Of a DNA stretch of 64,000 nucleotides, positions 18,940 to 30,100 are shown in pieces; the first letter of the stretch is position 1; each line of letters opens with the position of its first letter. The position numbers and the translations under genes are program-made. Origin of the DNA: an uncultured Bacteroidaceae bacterium (lineage in GTDB: Bacteria > Bacteroidota > Bacteroidia > Bacteroidales > SM23-62); contig CAYOPZ010000006.1 in assembly GCA_964406005.1 (NCBI GenBank), forward strand, positions 7,408 through 71,407, read 5' to 3'. The notes beneath the pieces are model-generated. The model made no database searches. It was not told where the DNA came from and saw only the letters and a program-made list of their open reading frames with translations.

Positions 18940-21252
18940 ATGAATCAAATTAATTTCCTGGCGTTTTTCGCAGGTGTGTTAGTACTGGGTGCGGTTTCAA
19001 TATGCTCTGAAGCTCAAAACATTACAGTCAGCGGTTATGTAAAGGATGCTACTACAAAAGAATCTTTGATTGGTGCAAATATATATTCTCCGGGATTTAA
19101 AACAGGAACCTCTACAAACGAATACGGATTTTACTCACTCACTCTTCCAAAAACAGATTCCCTTAGGCTCAACATTTCTTATATCGGTTACCTATCGCTG
19201 ACTGAAATGCTGGCAATAGATGGACCCTCACGACAGGATTTCCTTCTGGAAATGAATTCTTCCAGCCTTGATGAGGTTGTTGTAAGCGCCGAGCGTAATG
19301 ACAATAATGTCAATAAGCCACAGGTGGGAGTAATAAAAATACCGGTCAGCGCTGTAACGCATCTACCTGGGCTTGCCGGGGAAAGAGATATTCTGAAAAC
19401 CATCCAGTTTTTGCCTGGGGTCCAGCAGGGACAGGAGGGAACCACCGGATTTTATGTCAGGGGAGGTAACGCAGACCAGAACCTGGTACAACTTGATGAG
19501 GCGACGATTTATAATCCGAATCATTTATTTGGACTTTTCAGTACGTTCAACGTCAATGCTATAAAAAGCATTTCCCTTACAAAAGGAGGTTTTCCGGCAA
19601 AGTACGGAGGAAGGTTAAGTTCCATACTGGATGTTTCAATGAAGGACGGTAATAAGGAGAATTTAGGGATCGCAGGCGGAATCGGGTTGTTATCATCCAA
19701 CCTGACGATTGAAGGGCCACTAGAAAAGGGGAAATCATCATTTATTCTTTCCGGGCGAAGAAGTTATATCGATTGGCTTATGAAGCCTTTCCTGCCCTCA
19801 GGAATAAACGGGACGACCTATTATCTCTATGATTTTAACGCAAAGTTGAACTATGAGCTTGGAAGAAATGATCATTTATTCATAAGTTATTTTACCGGAA
19901 ATGACCACGCTGTATATACTGGGGCTAATAGTTTGAATTTCAACATAGATTTTGGGAATACAACCGGAACTGTTAGATGGAACCATCTTTACAAAAGCAG
20001 GCTTTTCAGTAATACTTCCGTTGTTTTCAATGACTATCACCTTGGACTTGCAACAGCACAGGGGAACTATTATTCCCTTCTATATACCGGGGTGAAAGAT
20101 GTTTCTGCAAAAACAGATTATACTTTTATTCCCGGGCCCGGTCGCGAGATTAAAGCAGGGATAGCATACACCTATCACACCTTATACCCTGGCGCGGTTT
20201 CCGCAAAAATACCGAAAATAGGTAACAAACTGGAAATTGACCAGGATAGTATCGCTAAAATATATTCCCATGAAATGGCAATATATATCAGCGATGAACT
20301 GAGAATATCAAATATTCTTAGTGCCTCATATGGTCTGCGGGTCCCGGTATTCTTTACAGGAAAAAAAACTTATGCGTTTGCTGAACCGAGGTTGATTTTC
20401 AAAGTCTCCTTGACTCCATCCACTTCCATAAAGGCATCCTATACACAGATGCACCAGTTTATGCATCTTGTGCCGAACAGTACAGCTTCGCTTCCAACAG
20501 ATATCTGGCTAACCAGCAATGAGATAATAAAACCTCAGAACAGTACACAGTATGCCATAGGGGTGTTCAGGAATTTTAGGAATAACGAGATCGAGACGAG
20601 CATTGAGGTATACTATAAAACAATGAATAACCAGGTTTTATTCAAGGAAGGAACCCAAATAACCCTGAATACAAATCTAAATGATGTTCTTACCTTTGGA
20701 GATGGCAAATCCTACGGGCTGGAAATTTTTGTCAAGAAGAATTTCGGCAGACTAACCGGATGGGGAAGTTACACTCTATCAAAGACAACCCAGATTTTCC
20801 CTGATTTGAATTATGGTAAAGAGTTTCCTTTTGCCTATGACAGGCGTCATAATCTTTCTGTTACAGCTGCTTATGAATTTTCCAGAAACTGGACTTTCTC
20901 GGCCGATTTTACCTATTACTCCGGGATGGCCTTTACCCTTCCTGCTGGCAGGGCGGTTGTTGTTGATGACGGCTCATTGTATGATGGAATTTATTATGAT
21001 TATACGACCAGGAATAATTCCCGGCTTCGTTCCTATAACCGTCTTGATATTGGATTCTCAAACTTAAAGCAGGTAAGAATATTCGGTAAATCTTGTCAGC
21101 GTGAATGGGCATTCGGGGTATATAACCTCTACAACCGAAAGAATCCATATTTTGTTTATCTGACTACCGATGCTATTTCCAAACAACCACAAGCAAAGCA
21201 AGTTTCACTTTTACCAATAATACCAAGTGTTTCCTTCAACTTTAAGTTTTAG
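18940..21252 (+). CDS. TonB-dependent receptor (CarboxypepD_reg + plug + barrel)
   Basis: Signal peptide. N-terminal ITVSGYVKDATTKESLIGANI carboxypeptidase-regulatory-like fold. Plug region (PGLAGERDILKTIQFLPGVQ). 770 aa ending in the aromatic terminus FNFKF. Confidence 0.85.
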   Translation: MNQINFLAFFAGVLVLGAVSICSEAQNITVSGYVKDATTKESLIGANIYSPGFKTGTSTNEYGFYSLTLPKTDSLRLNISYIGYLSLTEMLAIDGPSRQDFLLEMNSSSLDEVVVSAERNDNNVNKPQVGVIKIPVSAVTHLPGLAGERDILKTIQFLPGVQQGQEGTTGFYVRGGNADQNLVQLDEATIYNPNHLFGLFSTFNVNAIKSISLTKGGFPAKYGGRLSSILDVSMKDGNKENLGIAGGIGLLSSNLTIEGPLEKGKSSFILSGRRSYIDWLMKPFLPSGINGTTYYLYDFNAKLNYELGRNDHLFISYFTGNDHAVYTGANSLNFNIDFGNTTGTVRWNHLYKSRLFSNTSVVFNDYHLGLATAQGNYYSLLYTGVKDVSAKTDYTFIPGPGREIKAGIAYTYHTLYPGAVSAKIPKIGNKLEIDQDSIAKIYSHEMAIYISDELRISNILSASYGLRVPVFFTGKKTYAFAEPRLIFKVSLTPSTSIKASYTQMHQFMHLVPNSTASLPTDIWLTSNEIIKPQNSTQYAIGVFRNFRNNEIETSIEVYYKTMNNQVLFKEGTQITLNTNLNDVLTFGDGKSYGLEIFVKKNFGRLTGWGSYTLSKTTQIFPDLNYGKEFPFAYDRRHNLSVTAAYEFSRNWTFSADFTYYSGMAFTLPAGRAVVVDDGSLYDGIYYDYTTRNNSRLRSYNRLDIGFSNLKQVRIFGKSCQREWAFGVYNLYNRKNPYFVYLTTDAISKQPQAKQVSLLPIIPSVSFNFKF

Positions 21253-21256
21253 TGCC

Positions 21257-22168
21257 ATGATAGAAACAAAGACCAATTTAATACTGATTACTGTATTCTT
21301 ATCCGTTTTAATATTTACGAGCTGTGAGAAGACCATTAGTATTCCTCAGCCCGCCTATACTCCCAGAGCAACCATTCAGTGCAGCCTCGAACCCGGGACT
21401 GTTCCCAGCCTGTTTTTTTACAGAACTATACCCTATTTTGAACTGACTGGCATGAGTCTACACGATTTGTTTATTAAGGATGCCCAAGTGCAGATAAGCA
21501 GCCAGGATACTGTGGATAACCTGTATATTGACTCAACGTATAGCTACATCAAGTGTGAGTACGAATACTGTTATAAAGGTTCGATAATTACAAGGGAAAA
21601 CCAACAGTATGATTTAGAAATTTTAAGGGATACCAGTATCTATACTGCTTCCACAAATACAAACCTTCCGGCTGTTATCATTGATAGCGTTGGATATACG
21701 ACGGAGTTTAAGGATATATACGGCGAACATGAGGGAGTAATGCCTTATTTTCATGATATTCCAAACCAATCAAATTATTACCGGTATGAAATGACTCTCC
21801 AAATTGATACTACCATGGAGTATCAGGGAAACAAATTGAATAGTACCTGTTTAGGAAGTGGTTCAATAAATGTGGTTGAACTCGGTAGGAGTGTCTATAA
21901 TGATCAGAATTCTTCAGGTGAACAGATGAAGCTGGTTATCGAACCAGCGTATTCACATTACCAAGGGATGACCAGTATGATCAGGATCCAAACCATTGAT
22001 CAGGCCACATATGATTTCTTTTTTCAACTTGACCGGCAGAAGCTTGAACAAATGAACCCATTTGTAGAACCTGTTTTCCTGACTAACGGCCAGTTCGGTA
22101 AAAAGGCTTTAGGTTACTTTGGCAGCATAACGCGCAGTGTTCCTGCAACATTTGTCTTCCCGGAATGA
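21257..22168 (+). CDS. DUF4249-like lipoprotein partner of the TonB-dependent receptor
   Basis: Lipobox IFTSC. About 300 aa, immediately downstream of a plug-type receptor, which is the usual context for this family. The ATG at 21257 is preferred over the track start at 21227. Confidence 0.55.
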   Translation: MIETKTNLILITVFLSVLIFTSCEKTISIPQPAYTPRATIQCSLEPGTVPSLFFYRTIPYFELTGMSLHDLFIKDAQVQISSQDTVDNLYIDSTYSYIKCEYEYCYKGSIITRENQQYDLEILRDTSIYTASTNTNLPAVIIDSVGYTTEFKDIYGEHEGVMPYFHDIPNQSNYYRYEMTLQIDTTMEYQGNKLNSTCLGSGSINVVELGRSVYNDQNSSGEQMKLVIEPAYSHYQGMTSMIRIQTIDQATYDFFFQLDRQKLEQMNPFVEPVFLTNGQFGKKALGYFGSITRSVPATFVFPE

Positions 22169-22226
22169 AAAGTAACATAAAACAGTAGCATTTGAGAAAA
22201 ATATGATAGCCTCTTAATATTATACT

Positions 22227-22952
22227 ATGTTCAATATCAGGTCTTGGTTCCTTTCTATAATATTGATATTACATTCGTTTTCTGCCATTTCACAGGAGAC
22301 AGATACCATACACCAAAGCCGGTTTGTAAGAAGAGCCATAGCCCCTGCTATTTTAATGGGGGGAGGATTGATTATAAACAACAGTCATTTTGAGCAGAAC
22401 CTTCAAAGTCGGATTCAAGACGCAGTAGGGAACGACTTTCATTCTGACGTAGACGATTTTCTTCAATATGTTCCGGTTATACAGCTCTATATCTCGGACC
22501 TGGCAGGAGTCGAAAGCAGAAACCACTGGTTCGATCAAACCAAATACCTGCTGATTTCAAATCTAATCACTTCATCCATCACTCTCGGATTAAAAAAGTT
22601 AACCCCAAAATTAAGACCCAATGGTGCACCAGATACTTTCCCCTCAGGGCACACAAGTTTTGCCTTTAATAATGCTGCTGTATTATACCATGAGTTTAAT
22701 AAAACAGCACCAGTTCTGGCATACAGTGGATTCCTCTTTTCAACTACAACCGGATTATACCGCATGATGAACAACAGGCACTGGCTTTCTGACGTCCTAT
22801 TTGGAGCAGGACTTGGCATACTGACGGTGGAATTGGTATATTGGATTGAACCTTTTAAATCCTTTAATCCGTTTAAAAGATCGGATGCCATTTCATGCCA
22901 ACCGATAATTTCTGACGATTATTATGGAGTATATTTTTCATACATATTTTAA
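22227..22952 (+). CDS. PAP2-family phosphatase (membrane)
   Basis: The three PAP2 motifs are present: KKLTPKLRP, PSGH and NRHWLSDVLFG. Confidence 0.85.
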   Translation: MFNIRSWFLSIILILHSFSAISQETDTIHQSRFVRRAIAPAILMGGGLIINNSHFEQNLQSRIQDAVGNDFHSDVDDFLQYVPVIQLYISDLAGVESRNHWFDQTKYLLISNLITSSITLGLKKLTPKLRPNGAPDTFPSGHTSFAFNNAAVLYHEFNKTAPVLAYSGFLFSTTTGLYRMMNNRHWLSDVLFGAGLGILTVELVYWIEPFKSFNPFKRSDAISCQPIISDDYYGVYFSYIF

Positions 22953-23862
22953 ATCTGGGTTCCTAACCATATTTTTTCTATTCACAGTATCCTGCAGCAA
23001 ACTTGAACTGATAGAACCTGTTGGATTTGAAACTAATGTGACAACTGATTCAATAGTTTTTGCTGTGATTGGAGATTATGGGAAAGCTGGAGATCCGGCA
23101 CTTAAGGTGGCAGAAATGGTAAAGAGCTGGAATCCGGATTTTATTATTACCACAGGAGATAACAATTACGAACATGGAGATTTAAGTACGATCGAAGAGA
23201 ACATTAGTAATTTTTACGGGGGTTTTATTTACAACTTTGATGCACCGGAGAAATACCGTTGCAATGGTACTGCTTTTAAGGACAAAATCAATCGTTTCTT
23301 CCCTTCTCCCGGAAACCATGATGCAAATAATGATCAGGGTTTAATACCTTATCTGAATTTCTTTACTTTGCCGCAAAGGGAGGAATATTATAGCTTTGTT
23401 TGGGGCCCAATTAGTTTCTTTTCATTAAACTCTACGGCTAATGATATTTCTGAGCAACAGGACTGGTTGTTCCAGGAACTGATTGCCTCTGAGACTCCAT
23501 TTAGGATTGTTTATTTTCACCATTCGCCTTATTCACCCGGCCCACATGGGAACAGTGAAAAGATGCAGTGGGATTACTACAATTATGGAGTGGATATTGT
23601 AATGACCGGACATGATCATATTTACTCTCTGATAAAAAAGAAAGATGAAGAGACGCTTCACTATATTGTAAATGGGATCGGCGGGAAGTCATTATATACT
23701 TGCAAGGAATCATCGTTACCCCAGGAAGATTTTGATCTGTATTGCAATGACTCCGATTATGGTGCAATCAAAGCATCCGCAACACCTGATAAATTAGTAC
23801 TTGAGCTATACTTGATTGGTGATCCTGAACAGGTAGTCAATTCACTGGTAATTAAAAAGTAA
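22924..23862 (+). CDS. calcineurin-like metallophosphoesterase (lipoprotein)
   Basis: Metal-binding motifs GDYG, TGDNNY, GNHD, FHHSPY and GHDH. Lipobox-like TVSC. The exact start is uncertain because it overlaps the PAP2 gene by 29 nt. Confidence 0.8.
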   Translation: MEYIFHTYFKSGFLTIFFLFTVSCSKLELIEPVGFETNVTTDSIVFAVIGDYGKAGDPALKVAEMVKSWNPDFIITTGDNNYEHGDLSTIEENISNFYGGFIYNFDAPEKYRCNGTAFKDKINRFFPSPGNHDANNDQGLIPYLNFFTLPQREEYYSFVWGPISFFSLNSTANDISEQQDWLFQELIASETPFRIVYFHHSPYSPGPHGNSEKMQWDYYNYGVDIVMTGHDHIYSLIKKKDEETLHYIVNGIGGKSLYTCKESSLPQEDFDLYCNDSDYGAIKASATPDKLVLELYLIGDPEQVVNSLVIKK

Positions 23863-24063
23863 GATTTTCAAGTTATCTGGAATCCCGACTCTTACGGTTT
23901 CTGAATTCTATCCCTTCCTACCTTGTTATCGGTACCTTAGTAAGCTTACTATCTGATCAGAATAATAATATAACCGGGTCTTAAGAAAATCTTTAGATTT
24001 TAAGTCTAAATTTCACTTTGTTAATTGCTTCAAAGTGAACTATCGAGATAATCCAAATTAACC

Positions 24064-26457
24064 TTGATGTCTGTTTTCAAGAATCATATTAAATTTCCTT
24101 TGATCCTTAATATATTTTTACTATTACCTGTGTTAGGATATTCTCAGGGTATCATAATTTCCGGGAAAGTCATTGAGAAACAGAGCAGTGAACCACTGAT
24201 GGGTGCTACGGTTACCCTGCGGAGCCAGGTGGATTCTGTATTGATAGCTGGAACTGTGACGGACACTGCCGGGATGTTTGAATTCAGATCAATTACACGA
24301 GGTAATTATTTGCTGGAAATCAGTTTTATTGGTTTCTATCCTCGTGAAAGGAATCTCAATATATCTTCAGAAAATATAAGACTGGACAGTCTGTTGCTCG
24401 AACCTTCCGAGATCCTGCTGGGTGAGGTGACCGTCATGGCCCGGAAACCCACTCTTGTGAATGAGCTCGATAAAAAGGTATACAATGTGGAGGAGGACAT
24501 CCTTGCAGAATCGGGATCGGTGAGTGAGATTCTCCAGCACATACCTTCTGTTTCGGTTGATATTGATGGGAATATCACCTTGAGAAACAGCGGGAATATC
24601 ACATTTCTTATCAATGGCAGGCCTTCAGCGATGCTTCGCAGGGATGCAGCGTCGGTACTGCAACAGATGCCGGCAAACAGTATTGAGCACATCGAGATCA
24701 TCACCAACCCTTCAGCAAGATATCGCCCGGATGGAGTCGGCGGCATCATTAACATCGTAATGAAAAAAGAAACAAGGGAAGGATTGACCGGACAGGTTGC
24801 AGCCAATGCAGGATCGGAAAAAAGATACAATGCGCATTTGAACCTTAATTATGGTACCGGGGGTCTGAAACTCTTTGGAAATTATGGGCTCAGGCATAAC
24901 TCCGGGACACGGCTTTTTACGGATGAAAGGTTGTACTATGATCCTGAAGATGGAAATATCAGCAGTGATTACCACGAAACTGGGAGCTCCTCTTCAGATG
25001 GTTTTGCACATAACCTGTTTGCCGGGGGCAGTTATGAGTTTAATGACTTCAACGCCCTTGAACTTACGGGTTCTTTATTTCTTCAGAATACATATCACGA
25101 AAGTGTATCCGAAATTGCGGCCAGAGATTCTGCAGGGAATCCTGCATACAATTTCACTGACCTTTCCACGAATGACGAATTCGAGCAGGAGGGTGAAATG
25201 AGCCTTGCTTTCGAACACAAATTCAGGGACAACGAGGACCATACGCTTTCATTTGAAGCCGCATACTCCGGATATGACGAAAGTGAGGACCAGGTGTATG
25301 AAGAAAAGTATACATATCCCGATGACCGTACGGAAATCACTGGAAACCTTGTTGAAAAAAGCGGCAACCAGCAGGAGATCCTCCTTGATCATGCCCTGCC
25401 TTTTGGTGAGGACGGAGAATTTGAAAGTGGATATGCTGGTGAGTTTGTGCAGGAAGATATACGATATACCGGCGAGGCTTCCACCAGCCGTTTCCAGTTA
25501 AACCAACAGGTACATGCTCTATACGCACTGGCAGGAATGCAGATTGGAGATTTCTCATTTAAGGCTGGAGCAAGGGCCGAACAGGCATTCACCAATTCCA
25601 GGCTCAAATTTCCGGTAGATTCACTGACACAGAATAAATATTTCAAAATCTACCCGACACTCCATCTGGGATATAAACTGATTGAAAATCATGAACTTTC
25701 TCTCAGCTATTCAAAAAGAATCAACCGTCCGGATTCAGATGAACTGAATCCCTACCCCGAATATTCCGATCCCCGGAATGCAGAAGCCGGTAATCCGAAC
25801 CTGAAACCTGAACAAATCCATTCCATTGAACTGGGTTACCAATGGAGTCATCCTGTGGCTGAGATCACGAGCACCCTTTATTATCGTTACGAGTACGATG
25901 CTTTCACCACTATCTATAGTACAATCAGTGACAGTGTGGTACTGAGGACCATCTCCAACCTGAATACACAAAAATCTTTAGGCTACGAGATCGTTTTTGC
26001 AGGTTATTTTGTTAAAAACTGGGAGATGAACCTGACCGGGGATGTTTTCCATACAACACTTGACGCCACTGATCTTGGATACAGCTCAAATAAATCGACA
26101 GTATCCGGGAATATTAAATTATATTCTCAACTAAATCTCTGGAAAAATACTTTCTTTCAGTTAAACGGCTTTTACTATTTTCCAACAATTACGCCCCAGG
26201 GGAAAAGGGAATCATATTATTACATTAACGCGGGAATCAAACAGCAGCTATTCGGGAACAGGGCATCACTGATCCTTACTGCCTCCGATATTTTTCATAC
26301 TTACAGGATCAGGTACAGAATCGAATCAAATGAGCTGGACAGGTTCACAACCAGCAAGAGAAAATACCCTGTAATATACCTCGGTTTCGTCTGGAGATTC
26401 AACAATTATAGGGATCAGCAAAATCTTGAATATGAGGGAGAGGGACTTGTGTATTGA
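24064..26457 (+). CDS. TonB-dependent receptor-like outer membrane beta-barrel protein
   Basis: CarboxypepD_reg-like N-terminus (IISGKVIEKQSSEPLMGATVTL), a plug-like region, and a 797-aa beta-rich sequence. TTG at 24064 or ATG at 24067. Confidence 0.8.
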   Translation: MMSVFKNHIKFPLILNIFLLLPVLGYSQGIIISGKVIEKQSSEPLMGATVTLRSQVDSVLIAGTVTDTAGMFEFRSITRGNYLLEISFIGFYPRERNLNISSENIRLDSLLLEPSEILLGEVTVMARKPTLVNELDKKVYNVEEDILAESGSVSEILQHIPSVSVDIDGNITLRNSGNITFLINGRPSAMLRRDAASVLQQMPANSIEHIEIITNPSARYRPDGVGGIINIVMKKETREGLTGQVAANAGSEKRYNAHLNLNYGTGGLKLFGNYGLRHNSGTRLFTDERLYYDPEDGNISSDYHETGSSSSDGFAHNLFAGGSYEFNDFNALELTGSLFLQNTYHESVSEIAARDSAGNPAYNFTDLSTNDEFEQEGEMSLAFEHKFRDNEDHTLSFEAAYSGYDESEDQVYEEKYTYPDDRTEITGNLVEKSGNQQEILLDHALPFGEDGEFESGYAGEFVQEDIRYTGEASTSRFQLNQQVHALYALAGMQIGDFSFKAGARAEQAFTNSRLKFPVDSLTQNKYFKIYPTLHLGYKLIENHELSLSYSKRINRPDSDELNPYPEYSDPRNAEAGNPNLKPEQIHSIELGYQWSHPVAEITSTLYYRYEYDAFTTIYSTISDSVVLRTISNLNTQKSLGYEIVFAGYFVKNWEMNLTGDVFHTTLDATDLGYSSNKSTVSGNIKLYSQLNLWKNTFFQLNGFYYFPTITPQGKRESYYYINAGIKQQLFGNRASLILTASDIFHTYRIRYRIESNELDRFTTSKRKYPVIYLGFVWRFNNYRDQQNLEYEGEGLVY

Positions 26458-26588
26458 TTAAATGCATATTCCACTTACAGATATTTCATTTTTATAATAT
26501 TTGAGAAATAAATTAAACTAAATAAGTTAAATTCTATTTATTGATTCTCTTAACGTATTGTATGTGTGCTATTTATGGAAATGCTACA

Positions 26589-26621
26589 AGTTTCACTATT
26601 TTCAAAAGTGAAACTATTTTT
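26589..26621 (+). terminator. hairpin between convergent genes
   Basis: agtttcact (26589-26597) pairs with agtgaaact (26607-26615) and is followed by attttta. It sits between the receptor gene end and the end of the defence operon. Confidence 0.5.
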
Positions 26622-26624
26622 ACA

Positions 26625-27065
26625 TCAATTATTCGAAATCATCCCCTTACCAGGTAAACTAGCTCCCTCGTTAAACTTAGACTTTAAAATTCTACCATAT
26701 GAAAGTCTAACACGCACTTTCTTATAAACCATTTCCTTTTCTTTTGCTATTTCTGAGGTCTTAATCCAAGTTTCATAAATATCTGAAGGGCTAATTTTTT
26801 TTGGCAGAGGAGCCTTTTCGTTTATTATTGAAACATTCTTGCCTTGATCCTCAATCCAAACATGGGTAATTGTGAAATCCTTTTTATCAGATCGATTTAT
26901 GATCTTAATAAAATAACAATGTTCATTTGGTCCAAGCAGAACTGCATCGTGTACTAGTACTAATGGGCGCCTTAATTGACTAATAATCCAATAAATCATT
27001 GATACTGCTAAGGCAGAAAATACAGCAGTTGCAATGCTAATTAATGTAACGATATACCATTTCAT
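26625..27065 (-). CDS. small membrane-anchored hypothetical protein (last gene of the R-M/defence operon)
   Basis: 146 aa with an N-terminal TM helix (IVTLISIATAVFSALAVSMIYWII) followed by a soluble domain of about 110 aa. It starts 43 nt after the hsdR stop, with no intervening hairpin. Confidence 0.6.
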   Translation of the reverse strand: MKWYIVTLISIATAVFSALAVSMIYWIISQLRRPLVLVHDAVLLGPNEHCYFIKIINRSDKKDFTITHVWIEDQGKNVSIINEKAPLPKKISPSDIYETWIKTSEIAKEKEMVYKKVRVRLSYGRILKSKFNEGASLPGKGMISNN

Positions 27066-27108
27066 TACATCTCTATTTTTTTGCCGTAATAAATGAATTT
27101 CTTAAACA

Positions 27109-30100
27109 TTAAGTTCCTTGATACCTCTTAAAATTCTCCGCCTGCTCAAATATCTCCTTATACACTTCATCCCGATCCACCGGTGGATAATCATGTTCAG
27201 CTAGCAGGATGATCAGATCAACTTTCAATTCGGCCTTTATATCCTCCCGTTTTGACCAGTCAGTATATTTGGCTTTATCATCGACTACATTCTTTACCGC
27301 CTGGGCAAGGACCAGTAATTTATTTTCAGGATATTCAAAATCATACTTTATAGCCAGCGATTGAAGGATGTCGTAAAAAGCTTTTTCCTCAAAATCGATT
27401 CCAAGGTCCTGGAAGGATTCCTTTTCTTTCTTCAGTGCATGATAAAGGTCAATAATCTCATCTGTAAAGTCTTCCAGGACTTCGCTCCTGAGAACATCTG
27501 ATTCTTTCCTTTCGTTATACTTATCCACTAAGGATTTCATCCTTTTAGAAAAGTCAATCCCTTTCATTCGGTTGACTTTCTTGTAATCCTCGATAGCTTT
27601 GAGTAAAAGTTGCTGCAGGAGCTTGATCTTGGTATTGGGTAATTTTATCTTTTCGATTTTTGCCAGGTAATCTTCTGAGAAAATGTCAACTTCAGTGTTT
27701 TTATCGTCTCCCAGCTTAAATATCTCTTCTACGCCATCAGAGGAAAGTGCATCCTTGATCATCTCCCTGACCTTAGCATTCATCTGGGCAGTATCGGGGG
27801 CTGAACCTTTAGTCAATTTGAACACAATGGAGCGGACAGCAATATAAAAATGGATGTAGTCTTTTTCTATCTGGGATAGCTTTCCACTTCCGGCGCAGAT
27901 ATCATATGCTGCTTTTAGCCGTTTGACCAGGAACATGAATCGCTTCTCCAGGTCATTGGTGACCTGAACAAATTCAGCAGCCTGATTTAGGGTATGAAGT
28001 TGTTTCAATGGTGATCCATGGAAGTAGGGTGAACTATCAAACTTGTGGAAGATCTTAGCCAGCAGATCCAGGTGATCTTTGACCACCACAACGGATTGAT
28101 CGACATCTTCAAAATTCTGACTATCTGTTTTATTGTAATGGGCGAGAGCCAGGTTCATCTGTTTCTTAATACCTATATAATCAACCACCAAACCTTTTTC
28201 TTTCTCCTCGAATTTCCTGTTTACCCTTGAGATGGTCTGTATCAGATTATGACGCTGAATGGGTTTGTCTATATAGATTGTATCAAGGAAAGGAACATCA
28301 AATCCGGTCAACCACATGTCAACCACAATTGCTATTTTGAAATTGGATTTTTCATTCTTGAATTGTCGGTCAAGCTCTTTCCTGTATTCCTTTGTACCTA
28401 ACAAATTATACAATTCCTCCGGATCGTCTTTTCCCCTGGTCATGACCATTTTAATCTTTTCCATGGGTTTGATCTCTCGCTTGTCTTTTTCGGATAATTC
28501 AACTTTAGGGTCGGCAACCATAGACTTATTCCACACAGGTCTGAGAGCTATTACATTTTTATAAAACTCCCATGCTATCGGACGATTACTGCATACCACC
28601 ATTGCCTTCCCCCGGATGGTTGAACCTTCTGAAACCCTTGCTTCATAATGTTGAACAAAGTCATTAGCAACAGCCTTTAGTCGATCCGGATCACCAAGGA
28701 TCACATTCATATTGGTAACTGCTTTCTTGCTCTCTTCAATTTGATATTCATTGGATCCTTCTTCTGCACACTCGTTATAATATACCTCAATTCGCGCCAA
28801 CTCGCTGTTGTTAAGGATTACCTTTGCTGCCCTGCCTTCATAAACAATCCTCACAGTAATCTCATCATGCACGGACTCGGTCATAGTATAGCTATCAACC
28901 ACAGGACCAAATACATCGAGTGTGGCATCTATGGGTGTGCCAGTAAATCCCACATAGGTGGCATTAGGTAGTGAATCATGCAGGTATTTGGCAAATCCAT
29001 AACTTCTCATCACCCCATTTGCTGTCACCCTGACTTTCTGTTCCAGGTTTACCTGGCTTCTGTGTGCCTCGTCTGAAATACAAATTATATTTGTCCTCTC
29101 AGATAAAAGTTCAGTATCCTCTGTGAATTTGTGAATGGTGGTCAGAAATACCCCACCGCTTTGAATTCCCTGTAAACGTTCACGAAGTTCAGTACGACTT
29201 TCAACACTTATAATGTTGTTATCCCCGACAAAGCTTTTCGCATTAGTAAATTGTCCAGATAGTTGGTCATCAAGATCATTCCGGTCGGTGATTAAAATTA
29301 TGGTTGGACTGGACAGTAATTTGCTACGCATCAAAAGCCGGGTGAGAAAAAGCATCGTGAAACTCTTGCCGCTTCCTGTTGCCCCAAAATAGGTGCCTCC
29401 TTTTCCATCACCATCCGGTCTTTTATGTTTGAGGATATTCTCAAACAGCATCTTTGCACCGTAATACTGCGGATAGCGGCAAAGGATCTTCTCATCTCGT
29501 TTTGATGCATCTGGGAGGTATATGAAATTCCTGATGATGTCCCTGAGCCGGTTTTTGTTGAACATGCCCTGAATCAGGCTGTACATGGAATCAATTCCGT
29601 CAACTTCTGTTTCGTTCCCTTCAATTTTACGCCATGCATAAAAGAATTCATAGGGTGCAAAAAACGATCCTGTTTTATTATTGACACCATCGGAAATAAT
29701 GCAAAAAGCATTGTATTTAAACAATTCCGGAATATCTCTTCGATACCTGGTGGTCAGTTGAACATAGGCATCATGAATGGTAGCATTCTCCCGTATGGCT
29801 GACTTAAACTCAAAAACTACCAATGGAAGTCCGTTAATGAATAATATACCATCCGGAATTCGCTTTTCGTACCCAGTAATTTCAAACTGATTGACAAACT
29901 TATAGATGTTCTTGTCATGAGTATAATCCGGACTTTGGCCTTCTGCTGCTATCTGTTCCAAGCCCTCCGGATCCGGATCCCGGAATACGGTTAATCCACT
30001 ATAATCTATTAACTGGATATACAGGTCTTTCTGTGTCCTGTCTTCCCGTTTTAATATGAATCCGCCAGAAACCATCTTCATGATAGTCTTATTGGATTCA

